Shown piece by piece: positions 13,021 through 26,092 of a stretch of DNA of 64,000 nt. Source of the DNA: Scyliorhinus canicula (taxonomy: Eukaryota). The stretch's first letter is position 1. Every line of letters starts with the position of its first letter. The notes beneath the pieces are model-generated. The model saw only the letters and a list, made by a program, of their open reading frames with translations, had not been told where the DNA came from and searched no databases. The stretch covers positions 157,976,379 through 158,040,378 of the forward strand of contig NC_052149.1 of NCBI RefSeq assembly GCF_902713615.1, read 5' to 3'. Both the position numbers and the translations under genes were made by a program.

Positions 13021-13583
13021 TGTCATGTGAGAGTACCTTTAAGAAATGGGTGTTTATTACTGCTGTGACGACAGAGTGTGGGTGGAGCTGGGCTGTCTGT
13101 CAGCTTTTAGTTTCACTTTGAGAAAAAGCTCGGGTGTGTCTGTTTTGTTTGGTTTCGTTTCAGTGTTGGAGCTGCAGTCAGCCAGAGAAGGTGTAATGTT
13201 GTTCTCTCTGCCATGTAAAGACTATCTCTTGATTATTTGGAGAATTCAGAATGATAACTGTTCTCAGTAGTAAATTTAAACCTGATGTGCTTCAGTTAAA
13301 AGTTTTTTTTAAGTCTTATGGATGTTAAAAGGAAAGCTTAAGGATTACTTAGTGTTGTATTCTTTAGGGGTTGTATTTGAATTAATGGTTGCTAAGATGT
13401 TCACTGTATGTTTTAAAAAGGTTAACTTGAGTTCAAAGAATAAACATTGTTTTGCTTTAAAAATTACTGTTAGATGTCTGCTGCACCACACCATGTGCTC
13501 CCCATACCACAATCTAGTAAAAGTCGTGGATCAGGTGAACTCCATGATACACTTTGGGGTTCTCTAAACCCTGGCCCATAACA
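13021..13583 (+). mobile_element. Solo LTR (Gypsy-type)
   Basis: TGTCATG...CATAACA inverted termini; 4-bp TSD CATG (13017-13020, 13584-13587); AATAAA at ~13439. Confidence 0.88.
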
Positions 13584-13859
13584 CATGTTGGGACTAAGTA
13601 AAAGTAACTGGTTTATTTTACCACCGATTTTCAATCTTCACTCTGCACCCTGTATATTAAGGACTGTGGTATGAAAGATAGGCATATAGAATGTATATTA
13701 ATCTTTAACTTGTGCCATAACCATAATTTTGGTGGGCAACAAGAATATGCATAGACCTTGATATCTAACTTGGTGTCTCTCATTGCAATCGCTGGGCTTA
13801 GATAATTCCTGGCAACCTTGGTTTTAAGAGAGGCTCCTGGATTGAGAGGACTCTTGATG

Positions 13860-14670
13860 AAAGCAAATTACTGCGAAAGCTGGAGTCTGAAACCAATAGA
13901 GAAAATGCCAGAAAATCTCAGCAGGCCTGGCAGCATCTGTAAGGAGAGAAAAGAGCTAATGTTTCGAGTCCAGATGACCCTTTGTCAAAGCTAAAAGGCA
14001 CAGAAAGTGGGAGATATTTATACTGTAGGTGAGGGAATGAAAGATGAGTCATAGCCACAGAAACCAAGGGAAAAGAGTGCTAATGGCGGTTCCCAGAGAG
14101 AATACAAAGTATGATAGGCCAAACAGCAGAGAAACTAAAATCAGAGGGTAAGCTGTGACAGATGTAGATGTGGGGGGGACATGGGTGGGAAGGAGGTAAA
14201 ATGAGAAAAAGGCTGGAAGGGGGAAGAAAAGGGGAGAAAAGGTGAGGAAAGGAGGGATAAGATAGCGGGAAAGAGTGGGAGGAAACATAAAAAAAGACAA
14301 GAAAGAAATAAATGGTAAAAGACAGTTAAAATGAAATGGACTGAAAACAAAGGGGTCGAGGTGGGGTAGAGCTAATCATCTGAAGTTGTTGAATTCGATG
14401 GTGAGACCAGAAAGATGTAGCGTGTCTAACCGGAAGATGAGATGCTGTTCCTCCAGTTTGCGTTGAGCTTCACTGGAACATTGCAGCAGGCCAAGGACAG
14501 ACATGTGGGCATGAGAGCAGGGTCTTGTGTTAAAATGGCAGACAAATATCTCCCACTTTCTATGCTTTTAGCTTTAACAAAGAGTCATCTGGACTCAACA
14601 TTAGCTCTTTTCTCTCCTTACAGATGCTGCCAGACCTGCTGAGATTTTCCAGCCTTTTCTCTTTTGCTTT
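13860..14670 (-). mobile_element. Penelope-like element remnant: GIY-YIG endonuclease C-terminus, 3' UTR and inverted pseudo-LTR
   Basis: Minus strand 14543-14377 translates VCHFNTRPCSHAHMSVLGLLQCSSEAQRKLEEQHLIFRLDTLHLSGLTIEFNNFR*; ~130-bp inverted repeat 13885-14019 vs 14544-14670. Confidence 0.85.
13954..13992 (-). ncRNA. Minimal type I hammerhead ribozyme motif (U3-A8 variant)
   Basis: Minus strand AGCU-UUGACAA-A-GGGUC-aucug-GACUC-GAAAC-AUU-AGCU. Confidence 0.65.
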
Positions 14671-15732
14671 GAGGGGACTCTTTCTCTGTGGAGAGGAGCC
14701 TGACCCCTGAGCCTGCTTTTCAGGCTGTTTCTGTTAGGCAGAGCTGGGTGCTGGGGTAGGTGTAGCCCCGGGTCTGCCCAATCCCAGGCAACTGTAAGGG
14801 GGAGAAAGGTTGCCTGACTGCTGTGGATGGATTGTCATTGAACAAACCAGCTACTGCCAGTCCACACCTGCTGAGTCACTGATCCCTGAGGAGGCAGACC
14901 CCCATAACGCTAATGACACCCCTGAGTCTCCTCTCATTGTCACAGCTATCCGAGGAGGTGGTGATATTGCAGTCCAATGCTCATTTTTCTTCATTCTTTC
15001 CTGGTTAGTGAGCGTCACTGGCAAGACCGGCATTTAGAGGTGATCATCCTTGAATCGTTCCGTTTTTGTGGTGAAAGTACTCCCACGGTGACCTTTTGTA
15101 GCAGTTTGAACAACCGAGTGGCTAGCTTGTCATTTCAGTGGGCAGTCAAGAGTCATATTGTGGGTCTGGACACATATAGAGACCAAATCATGTAAAGAAC
15201 AGGAGTGAATCAGGTTCAGGTTTATAACAACAATCCAATAATTGCATGATCACCAATATTGATTCTTTCTTTTATACTGATCTTTTCAGTTAATTTAATT
15301 TACAGAATAAAATTGTCTAGCTGCCCTGATGAGATGTGAATTTTGCCTCTGGGTCATTAGATAAGGCCTTAGGATTACTAGTCAAATTACATAACCACTA
15401 TACTACCAAATGGCATCAGATGGAGCATTTAGAGGCTAGACCGACGAACTGTGCAATCCTTATGTGGGACATTGCACTGCGGGTGTCTCCAGATCCAAGG
15501 CTGACTGCAAAATTTTAATGCTGTACTTGAGAATTCAATGGGGGTATGGAATCCTCCACAGCAGCGGTATAAGCCCCTCAACACACCATTCAGTGACTTC
15601 AATGATTTTTATTTGTGCACCAAAAATATTCTTTTAAAAGCTATGCTCTGGAGATCAGGCTCCTTGCACACCTCAGCCAGGTACATTCTGCTCATGAAAC
15701 ATCACCATCCACCTATGTTCCTCAAAGACTAA

Positions 15733-15960
15733 AGGTGCGATTTCCCGGCCGCATCGTGTCAGAACTAGGATGGGACGTGGCTGGTAGATACCGGGAGAGG
15801 CCTCTTCCGGGATTCGTTACACCACGCGATATCTAATAAGATCTCGCGAGACGTTGCGATCTGGATCCCGCACACAATGGGCAGGACCCTGACATGCAGA
15901 GTTAAGTGAGTTTAAAAGCCGGATCGAAGCGACTCCCAGCGTCTACTGGCCTTGCCGATG
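15733..15960. mobile_element. Harbinger-like MITE, left part (interrupted by ERV-A; right part ~26093-26530)
   Basis: GC-rich segment starting ggtgcgatttcccggccgc; similar to 53290-53760 and 55100-55705; GC-rich sequence resumes directly after the ERV-A LTR. Confidence 0.55.
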
Positions 15961-16606
15961 TCTCGTTGTTTCCCCCGAGCATCTGGGAATTTGTGTACAA
16001 ACCTAACAATTGAATTTATTTATCCTCTCTGCGTATGATTGAGAAATGTATATTAAGCTGTTAGTATGCAGTCTACATGATGTTGGATTAATATGATAAT
16101 ACATAAGAACAGTAGCGCCATCATTCTCTTCAGGTCAGCGTTTCGCTAGTACTCTCAAAGTTCCGTATGATGTACTTTACACGAATTGCATGGATCCCAT
16201 CTGGATTTCTTTTACTTCTAACGGCTGTTCGGTTTGTTAGCAGCACTTGGTAGGGTCCATTCCACCTAGGAGAAAAATAATCTTTGTTTAGTGCTTTCAC
16301 ATATACTTGATCTCCAGGTTTAAAGAGAGTGTATTTCCCTCTTTTGGATGCATATGAGCCTGTCGCACCTTTTCATGTATTTTTTTTTCTCAGTGGTTTC
16401 ACACATGGCCTCGGCATATTTTAGTGATGCCTCATCTTCCCATATTAAGGTTACTGCCGCTGGAGTCAATCGGGGTTTAGTTCCAGTTGTCATGGAACGT
16501 TCCATTAATATCTCATACGGGGTTAAACCCGTATTACAATTTCTCTGATTTCTCAGGGCATACATTACTGTGGGCATGGCATCTGGCCATAGCAGCCCAT
16601 TTTGTT

Positions 16607-19600
16607 TTTTTTTAAAATAATTTTTATTGAAATTTTTACAAAATACAAAATATAAACATCTTAACTCTATTAACATACAACCGCGGTAACACCCATGAAC
16701 AATACCCAGCTTCAAGAGCAACTTCAAGCAAAAGGAAAGAACAAAAACAAAGAAAAAGAGAAAAGAAAAAAACAAAAAGAGAGAGATAGCACCCTCCACA
16801 AACCCATGTGCACAGTTCTCCCTCCCCCCAAGCCTCGCACAGGAAGAGGAGGAATTCACTCTCTCCAGGGCATCCGCCCACGTCCCCTCCTCAATCTCCT
16901 CACCCAGCTCCTCTTCCCATTTACCCTTCAGTTCCTCCACCGAGGCCTCGTCTACCTCCTGCATTACCTGGTATATGTCTGAAATCCTCCCTCCTCCGAC
17001 CCACACCCCCGAGAGCACCCTGTCCCGTGCCCCACGTGGGGGCAACAAGGGGAACCCCTCCATCTGCCGCCTGGCAAACGCCCTAACCTGCATGTACCGA
17101 AACATGTTCCCCGGGGGGAGCCCAAACTTCCCCTCTAACTCCCCCAAGCTCGCGAACCTCCCCTCCACAAACAGGTCCCTCAACCTCCTAACCCCTGCCC
17201 TGTGCCAGCCCAGAAATCCACCATCAATGCTCCCTGGGACGAACCGATGGTTCCCCCGTATCGCGGCCTCCATCGAGCCCCCCATTTCTCCCCTGTGCCG
17301 TCTCCATTGCCCCCAAATTGTGAGGGTAGCCGCCACCACCGGGCTCGTGGTATACCTCATTGGAGGGAGCGGTAACGGCGCCGTTACTAGCGCCTCCAGG
17401 CTCGTGCCCACACAAGACGCCGCCTCCATCCTCTTCCAGGCTGCCCCTTCCTCGTCATTACCCACTTACGCACCATCGCTGCGTTGGCCGCCCAGTAGTA
17501 CCCACAGAGATTGGGCAACGCCAGCCCCCCCTATCCCTGCCTCGTTCGAGGAACACTCTTTGAACCCTCGGAGTCCCATGCGCCCACACAAATCCCGTGA
17601 TACTCCTGTTGACCCTCCTAAAAAAGGCCTTCGGGATAAGGATGGGGAGGCACTGGAACAGGAACAAAAACCTCGGGAGCACCATCATCTTGACGGACTG
17701 CACCCTCCCCGCCAGTGACAGCGGTAACATGTCCCATCTCTTAAACTCCTCCTCCATCTGTTCCACCAATCTTGGAGGTTGAGCTTGTGCAGGGCCCCCC
17801 AGCTCCCCACCACCTGGACCCCTAGGTACCTGAAGCTCTTCCCTGCCTGCTTCAATGGGAGCCTACCAATCCCCTCCTCTTGATCCCCCGGATGCACCAC
17901 AAACACCTCACTCTTGCCCAGGTTCAACTTATACCCCGAGAACCCCCGAATTCCCTAAGAATCCTCATCACCTCCGGCATCCCCCCAACCGGGTCCACCA
18001 CATACAGCAACAGGTCGTCCGCGTACAGCGACACTCGATGCTCCTCCCCACCCCGCACCAGGCCCCTCCAGTTCCCTGACTCCCTCAGTGCCATGGCCAG
18101 GGGCTCAATCGCCAACGCAAAGAGCAAGGGGGATAGGGGGCACCCCTGTCTCGTCCCCCGATACAGCCGAAAGTACTCCGACCTCCTCCTATTTGTGGCT
18201 ACACTTGCCATCGGGGCCTCGTAGAGCAGCCTCACCCACCGGATAAACCCCTCCCCAAACCCAAACCTCTCCAACACCTCCCACAAGTACTCCCACTCAA
18301 CCCTATCGAAGGCCTTCTCCGCGTCTAATGCCACCACTATCTCCGCCTCCCCTTCCACAGCCGGCATCATAATGACGTTGAGGAGCTTTCGTACGTTTGT
18401 GTTCAGCTGCCTTCCCTTCACAAACCCCGTCTGGTCCTCATGTATGACCCCAGGCACACATCCTCTATTCTAGTGGCCAGGATCTTTGCCAGCAGCTTAG
18501 CGTCGGCATTCAGCAGCGAAATCGGCCTATATGATCCACACTGCAGAGGGTCCTTGTCCCACTTCAGGATCAAGGAAATCAGCGCCCGTGACATAGTTGG
18601 GGGCAGAGCCCCCCCCCCCCCCCCCCCACCACCACCCTTGCCTCGTTAAAGGTCCGGACCAACAGGGGGCCCAACAGGTCCAAATACTTTTTATAGAATT
18701 CAGCCGGAAACCCGTCCGGCCCCGGCGCCTTCCCCGACTGCATGCTCCCTATCCCTTTGACCACCTCCTCCAGCTCGATCGGCGCCCCTAGTCCCTCCAC
18801 CTGCTCCTCTTCCACCCTCGGGAATCGCAACTTGCCCAAGAAGCGCCCCATTCCACCCCCCTCCACCGGGGGTTCAGACCGGTACAATTCCCCATAAAAG
18901 TCCCTGAAGACCCCATTGACATCTACCCCCCTCCACACCACCTTCACAGCTCTATCCATTACTCCCCCAATCTCCCTGGCCGCGTCTCGCTTCCGGAGCT
19001 GGTGCGCCAGCATTCTGCTCGCCTTCTCCCCGTATTCATACACCGCCCCCTGTGCTTTCCTCCACTAAGCTTCCGCCTTTCTGGTCATCAGTAGGTCAAA
19101 TCTGGCCTGAAGGCTACGCCTCTCCCCCAGCAATCCCTCCTCTGGGGCCTCCGCATATCTCCTATCCACCTGCACCATCTCCCCTATCAGTCTTTCCGTT
19201 TCCCTCTGCTCCCCCCTCTCCCTATGGGTTCGGATGGAGATCAATTCCCCCCTCATCACCGCCTTCAATGCCTCCCAGACCGTCCCCACCCGAACCTCCC
19301 CGTTATCATTGGCCTCGAGGTATCTCTCAATACACCCCCGAACCCTCCCGGCCACCTCCTCCTCTGCCAGCAGCCCCGCCTCCATGCGCCAGAGCAGACG
19401 TTGGTCCCTCTCTTCCCCCAGCCCGAGGTCCATCCAGTGCGGGGCATGATCCGAAATGGCAATGGCGGAGTATTCCACTTCCTCCACCCTCGACACCAGC
19501 CCCCTGCTCAGGACAAAAAAATCAATCCTCAAGTAGGCCTTATGTACATGGGAGAAAAACGAGTATTCCCTGGCCCTTGGCCTCGCAAACCTCCAAGGGT

Positions 19601-21035
19601 CCACCCCCCCTATCTGGTCCATGAATCCCCTCAACACCTTAGCCGCCCCCGACCTCCTGCCCGTCCGGGACTTAGATCGATCCAATGGGGGATCCAGTAC
19701 TGTGTTAAAGTCCCCCCCAATGATCAGGCCCCCCGCCTCCAGGTCCGGAATGCGGTCCAACATACGCCGCATAAACCCCGCATGGTCCCAATTTGGGGCA
19801 TAAACATTCACCAACACTACCCGCTCCCCCTGCAGCTTGCCACTCACCATCACGTACCTCGCGCCACTGTCAGCCACCACCTTCAACGCCTCAAACGACA
19901 CCACCTTCCCCACCAGGATTGCCACCCCCTTACTCTTCTCATGCAGCCCTGAGTGGAATACTTGGCCCACCCACCCCTTCCTCAGCCGGACCTGGTCCAC
20001 CACTCTCAGGTGTGTCTCCTGGAGCATGGACACATCCGCCTTCAGGTGCGCAAATACTCGGGCCCGTTTGACCGGCCCATTCAGCCCCCTCACATTCCAA
20101 GTTATCAGCCGGATCCGAGGGCTTCCTGCCCCCGTCCCCTGCCGATTAGCCATACCCCATCCCTTGCGCACCCCCAGCCAGCGTCCCACGCTCTGCCAGT
20201 TTCCCACGGCGGCAACTCCCCCCCCCCCCCCCCCCCCCCCCTCCTCCAGCACCCCCTGCGTCCTCCAGCTCCTTCCTGACCGTTTCAGCAGCAACCCGGT
20301 ACCGGAGCACACACTCACGATCCACGAACCGGTGGAACCTCACCAACACCGCCCGCGGCGGCTCGTTCGGCTTGGGCCTCCTAGCCAGAATTCTGTGGGC
20401 CCCTTCCAACTCCAGGGGCCCCTGGAAGGACCCAGCCCCCATCAGCGAGTTTAGCATCATCACCACATAGGCCGCTAGGTCCGACCCCTCCAGCCCCTCC
20501 GTGAGAATCCGTAAATTCTTCCTCCTCGACCGGTTGTCCAGCTCCTCGAACCGCTCCTGCCATCTTTTATGGAGCGCCTCGTGCAACTCCACCTTCCCCA
20601 CCACGGCCACGACCTCGTCCTCCCTTTCGGCGGCCTGCTGCTGCAGCTCCCGGATCGCAGCCCCCTGGGCTGTCTGGGTCTCCATCAGTTCCCTGTTAGT
20701 TACCTTCAGGGACTCCAGCAGCTCCAGCTTCAGCTCCTGGAACCAGCGCAGCAGAATTGTCTGCTGCTCCTGGACCCACTTCCTCAGCTCCTCAAAGCTT
20801 TCGCCGGCCGCCATTTTGTTTTCCTGCCCCCGATTTTTCCTGGGTGTTTTCGTCGATCTTCTCTCTGCCCCACTCCTGGTCCGGACCATGGGATCGCTGG
20901 GGCGACTCCTGGCCTCTTCCCCCGTCGGGATTTGCCTCCTCAGCTGCGCTGGGGGCCCTGAAAAAAGCCCCGAAGTCCGTTAATCGCAGGAGCCGCCGAA
21001 TGTGCGGCTCAACTGCGCATTGCCGCCACCGGAAG
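16607..21035 (-). mobile_element. LINE-1 (ORF1 and ORF2, internally deleted) inserted in ERV-A integrase
   Basis: 17-bp TSD TAGCAGCCCATTTTGTT (16590-16606, 21036-21052); poly-T at left end; ORF1 NRSRRKNLRI (20146-20889); APE endonuclease TWNVRGLN, QETH, YAPN, GGDFN, SDH; RT DAEKAFD, RQGCPLSP, YADD. Confidence 0.93.
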
Positions 21036-24000
21036 TAGCAGCCCATTTTGTTGACACACTTTTGTAACTGCAGTTTTAATTTAGTTATTCCATCTGCCCT
21101 TTCCACCATTCCTGAGGATTGTGGCTGATATGGTATATGCAATTTCCCAAAAAAAACCCATGGCTTCTGTTAGGGCTTTGGTCAATTTACTGTGAAATGA
21201 GTTCCCCTGTCACTGTTACTACCCATTGGTATCCCAAACTAGGTATTATTTCCTTTAACAGACTATTTACCACTGTTCTAGCGTCATCTCTTTTAGTTGG
21301 AAAAGCCTCTACCCACTGTGAAAACATGTCCACTATCACCAGCATGTATTTGAATCCTTTAGCCATCGGCATGTGTACAAGATCTATCTGCAAATTTTCC
21401 AAAGGCATTTCGGGTTGTGGTAAATGATCAAAGGCAGCGTTTTTTTTTAACCCCGATTATTCCTCTGACAAATCGTATGTGTGCGGGCTACTTTTTAAAT
21501 TGTTACCGTAATACCTGGTATATGCCATTGTTGACATATGGCATGTGTCATTCCTCCTTTGCCCACATGAGCCTGCCCATGGGCAAGGCGACATAGTGGT
21601 AAAAACAGACTTCTGAAGCATACTGCACGGGTATCTCGGTGGATCCAGATTTGATGATTGTCTTGATAGCAACCTGCTTTTAGCCAAGAGCGATGCTCCT
21701 GTGGGGAGGCATGCTCCTGTGCCTGTTTTAACTTTGGTTCTGTTATGGTGGACGGAAGTTAAACAGCAGCAGCAGCTTGCAGTTGTGGCTGCTGTTTGAG
21801 AGACGTTTCCTTTGCTATTTTGTCAGCAAATCTATTGCCGCATGAGACTTCATCGTCTGCGGTAGTATGCGCTTCACACTTTAAAACAGCTATCTTGCTG
21901 GGCAGCTGAACAGCATCTAGTAAATTTAAAACAAATTTAGCATGTTTAATAGGTTGGTCGGAGGAAGTTATGAATCCCCTGTTTTTCCATAATTGGCCAA
22001 AATCATGTACTACCCCAAAAGCGGATCGGGAATCATATAAATATTGACTGTTTTATTTTTAGCTAGAATACATGCTTTAGTAAGGGCAAACTGTTCGGCC
22101 ACTTGAGCAGACGTTCCCGAAGGCAGAGCAAAAGCTTCTACTATCTCGAATGGAGTTACTATTGCAAAGCCGGCCAGGAGGGTCATATCATTTGGTCGGT
22201 TTGCTGATCCATCGGTGAAAAAGATGATGTCTGGATTTTCTAATGGGTGACTGAATAAATCAGGTCGAGGGGTTGTGGTGGCTTCAACCAATTGTAAACA
22301 GTCATGATCATACAGATGTTCTGCTTCCGAGGATGCGGGCAAGAGTGTGGCAGGGTTGACAGCTGGTGTTCACTTGTAGGTAATGTTGGTGTTAGAGAGG
22401 ATTACTTCATACCCAGTGCGTCGAGCCGCAGTAAAATGCTACATTGCGGATGAATTAAGCAGCAGCAAAACTGATTTTTCTACTATAGCCGCTGTGGCTG
22501 CTACTGCTCTGAAGCAACTTGGCATACCCTTTGCCACAGCACATAGGGCCACAGAGTAATAGGCAAGGGGTCTTTTCCCTCCTCCATGCTCTTGCACCAG
22601 GACCCCTGTTGCAAATCCCCCTGCTTCATTCACACACAGAGTAAAGGGCTTGCTGAAATTAGGAAGTCTCAAGGCAGGGGCGCTAATCATGGCTTGTTTC
22701 AAATTACAAAATGCTTGTTCCCTCCCTGGGATCCAGGTAACAACTGAAGGGGTGTCCTGTAGGGTAGCCTTGCGCAGTACTGCGTCCATCTCTCGATAGT
22801 CCGGTATCCACTGACTGCAATAGCCCACCACGCCGAGGAAGGTAAGGGTTTCCTTTTCCGTGCGCGGAGTTGGAACCTTGCTACAGCCTGTACGCTTTCA
22901 GACTCCAGCCTCCGCTGTCCTTGCTGCAGCTGAAATCCCAAATGATGAACTGTTTCCTGACAGAATTGCAGTTTGTCCAATGAGACCCTATGCCCTCTTT
23001 CTGCCAGATGTGATAATAGCAAAAGGGTATTCTGTTGACAAACTAGCCCTCCCTCTCAGGCGATCAATAAATCGTCATCATATTGAGAGAATGTTGAGCC
23101 TGCAGACAACTGCCACTCGTCCAAGTCTCTTTTAATACTGTTGTTTCTGATATGTAATGGCAAGTAGATATTGTCTGTCCGGGTGGAATGGTGTGGAGAA
23201 AAAGGCTGAGAAAGTATCCGTTGTTGGTGGTATAGAAGACAAAATTACATTTGTGTCCGGCACCAATGGAGCAATAGTGATAACAATTTTATTGATGGCT
23301 CTGAGATCTTGTCCAAACCACCACTTGGGTCTTCCTACCTTAGGAATGGGGAGTATAGGGGTGTTACAGGGGCTTTGTGTTCTTTTCAGCACCCCTTGCT
23401 GTAATAGTGCATTGATCACTCCCTCTATCCCTTTCTCTGCTTCTGGTGCCAACCTGTATAGTTTTAAGCCAGGGCAGGGCAACGTTCTTCTGTAACTGCA
23501 CCCGACGCGCTGGGGCAGAATGTACTTTTCCAACATGATTTTTATGTTGGGCCCATAGATGTGCCAGTACCTGGGCCAGGATTGAAGGGAGTAAATGATG
23601 GCTCTCTTGGGGAGGTTGTTGTCTTTCAAATGTAGCGGGCCATTGCTCCTCTTTCCAGGTCACTCTGCCCTCCTGTTTGCCATAAAATTCTATCAGGCAA
23701 TTTCATCCATCCATTTCAATATAAATTCCATGTGTTACTTTTTTCCTTTGGCCTCTTTGATCACTTCTCCTATTTGCTTGTTTTAGCGGGATGTCTTTCG
23801 GCCAATGTTAAATGGGGTTCTGAAGTTAAACCCATCCTAAAAAGGTCCCTCTGACTATGGGCCACTAACATTCCTAATCCCACAACACCGAAAAATAAAA
23901 AGGAGTGATATGCAATGAGGTCTGCTTTCCTAAGTGACTTTCTGTTTGTAAATTGTCTGCTCATCCTCATGAGTATACCAAGCCATACAATGGGTCACGA

Positions 24001-25625
24001 TATTCTCTCGGCTGGACTCTTATCCGGTGTTTTAATAACTGTGCCCAAGGGCCATTAACCTTTTGTAAGACTTCCTTCAGTTTTTTTTTAAACAGTGGTA
24101 CTGTAAGGGTTAACGTTCAGCTGCCAGCATACAACACAGACACAGAGCGATCGGACGCATGCTCAGGAGTTATTAAATTTTGCAGCTGGTGAGCTCGTAT
24201 TTGAGCCAGTTCTATAAACATTCCATTATCAATGCAATGTATTACCGCTCCTAATTTGTAGAGTATCTGTCTGCCTAATAGAGAAAGGTGTCGTAAGGTG
24301 GGGTACATCCTTCCTGGGGGTTAAATGCTTCTTGGTTCACTGTATGATAACCTCTTTCCCTCAATTTGTTAACCAATGTTCGAGGGACTCATTTCCTTCA
24401 TTCAAATGATTATCATTATTGGGAACTCAGCCCCCATTTATGCCGGGTGGGACTGCAATCCCATCCTTCAAAGCTGGCCAAGATGCACCATAAGATTATT
24501 TTAGAAGCAGCAAAACATCCCCTGGAGGGGGCTATAAATACCACACATTTAAGTCAATTTTCAATGATTGATTTTATAGGCATTAGCTATTCTTAGAGAC
24601 GTATATTTATCTTTGTCAATTCAGAAAAGGTCAACTGTCTGCTGAAATGGTTAATGTTTCCTGCAGACCCAAAGGGGGCGGAGAACTTCTAATGATGCCA
24701 TTTACATCTTTTAACGTAATCTAAAAACTTATTCATATTCAATTACTTTTATTCATTAAGGCACTTACTTTCTTTTAAACTGATTTTAATTTCCAATGTT
24801 TCAGTGCATCAGAAAAATCTCAACACAAATCACTTAATTTATAATCTCGGACTCACAATGACAGACAATAAAAAGTACAACCCACTTAGCACTTCATGCT
24901 TTGACTAAAATTAATTGGTTAAACAAAACACACAGATTCTCACAGCTCACAAATATCACAGTTAACCGTTAGCCTTATCTCACAGCTACAGACAAATCTG
25001 AATTCCCTTTTCGACAAGAACCCAACTGTTACGCTTTTACCTTAATCTTCTATTTACTTTTACTCCCCTGTTTTTTTTCCGAGAGGGGGGTCAGCTTCAT
25101 TAGATTCCTATGCGGGACATATAGGTTTTCCTCCCTCATTCCGTTGCTTTACGATTGTTTCATTTCATTTTCTTACTCATTTTGACTCCCTTATCTGTCT
25201 TCTTCAAGGAGTTCACATTCTTTTTCGCTCTGGATGTCTTTACCGAGGGTTCAGGATGACCTGTGAGGGGACGTTGAGTTTATTGCTCATCGTTCCTTCT
25301 GCAAAATACTTTAGAACATATATATAACAATAACAATGACCGCGGAAAGCATTTACAAATACTACAGAGAGCGCACACCAGTTTATCCTTTCACGAACCT
25401 CAAAGTCTTTAAAAAAAAATTTTAGTCTCTAAGGCACCTTTTTTCTTCTCATGCAGCTATAGTTAAGCTAACTCATCCGAGCATGAGTCACTGGTCAGTA
25501 ATTAAGGCTGCCGAGCGCCGCCCCCCCCTTTCAGCTGGGGTTGCGCAATGGCTCTCTCCCTTTCAGCTGAGAGAGTCCTATTTATAAAGTCCTTTCGGGG
25601 TTCACATCCTGTTAAATTAGGGAAA

Positions 25626-25642
25626 CTGCAACAACTGCGCCA
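25626..25642 (-). promoter_or_regulatory. Primer-binding site of ERV-A (tRNA-Ser-like)
   Basis: TGGCGCAGTTGTTGCAG, 3 nt after the LTR end. Confidence 0.6.
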
Positions 25643-25645
25643 ATT

Positions 25646-26092
25646 TGTCGTGGAAATTATAATAAAGCCAAATTCCTCGAGGTTCGAGTTAAGGAAATTC
25701 ATTTGCATAAATATATTTGCGGAGAGAGAGTGTTCTGGCTGCAAAGCCAGGGCACCGCACTGTGAGGTTTGATTGAAGAAAGCATATTTTTATAGTCTGA
25801 AATAACAGCTTGAAGTAAACAGCCATGTTTATATTAAATAGACCTTAGAAAGTACGTAAGATGAAATACGTAGTACTTATGTTCTTGCCTTGGCTAAAAA
25901 TAACTCAAGTACACATTTTGTTATCTTTCAGAAGACAATGTGTTTTCATAATAAGGCCGGGACCAAAATATTAAGCAGTATTTTGTTTATGTTACCTGAC
26001 CTACTTATCTTTGTTCACAAGCAGTGTTGAACTATAATACAGCATTTCCCAACATGCTTCTAAGTTGACAACTCATTAATTTCTCTTCCACA
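25646..26092 (-). repeat. 5' LTR of ERV-A
   Basis: Minus strand TGTGGAAGAG...CCACGACA; homologous to the ERV-B LTRs, with U3 diverged and R/U5 similar. Confidence 0.88.

Larger units (their letters stand above)
15961..26092 (-). mobile_element. Endogenous retrovirus ERV-A (class I, epsilon/gamma-like): defective, 3'-truncated in env, no 3' LTR
   Basis: 5' LTR 26092-25646 and PBS; most of gag-pro deleted; 2H domain ~24100-23730; RT (SPCNTPILPIPK, QDLRAINK); RNase H (FTDGS); integrase (LQIDLVHMP, IVDMFSQWVEAFP, SSGMVER, PRWNGPYQVLL); env start ~16130-15961; colinear with ERV-B. Confidence 0.9.

Noticed and set aside
16320-17465. 381-aa ORF as a novel L1-integrase fusion gene
   Set aside because: Chance read-through from deleted L1 ORF2 across the 3' UTR and poly-A into the flanking ERV integrase; the TSD explains the junction.
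16975-21038. Plus-strand Pro/Ser-rich ORFs
   Set aside because: Antisense shadows of the G-rich L1 coding strand.
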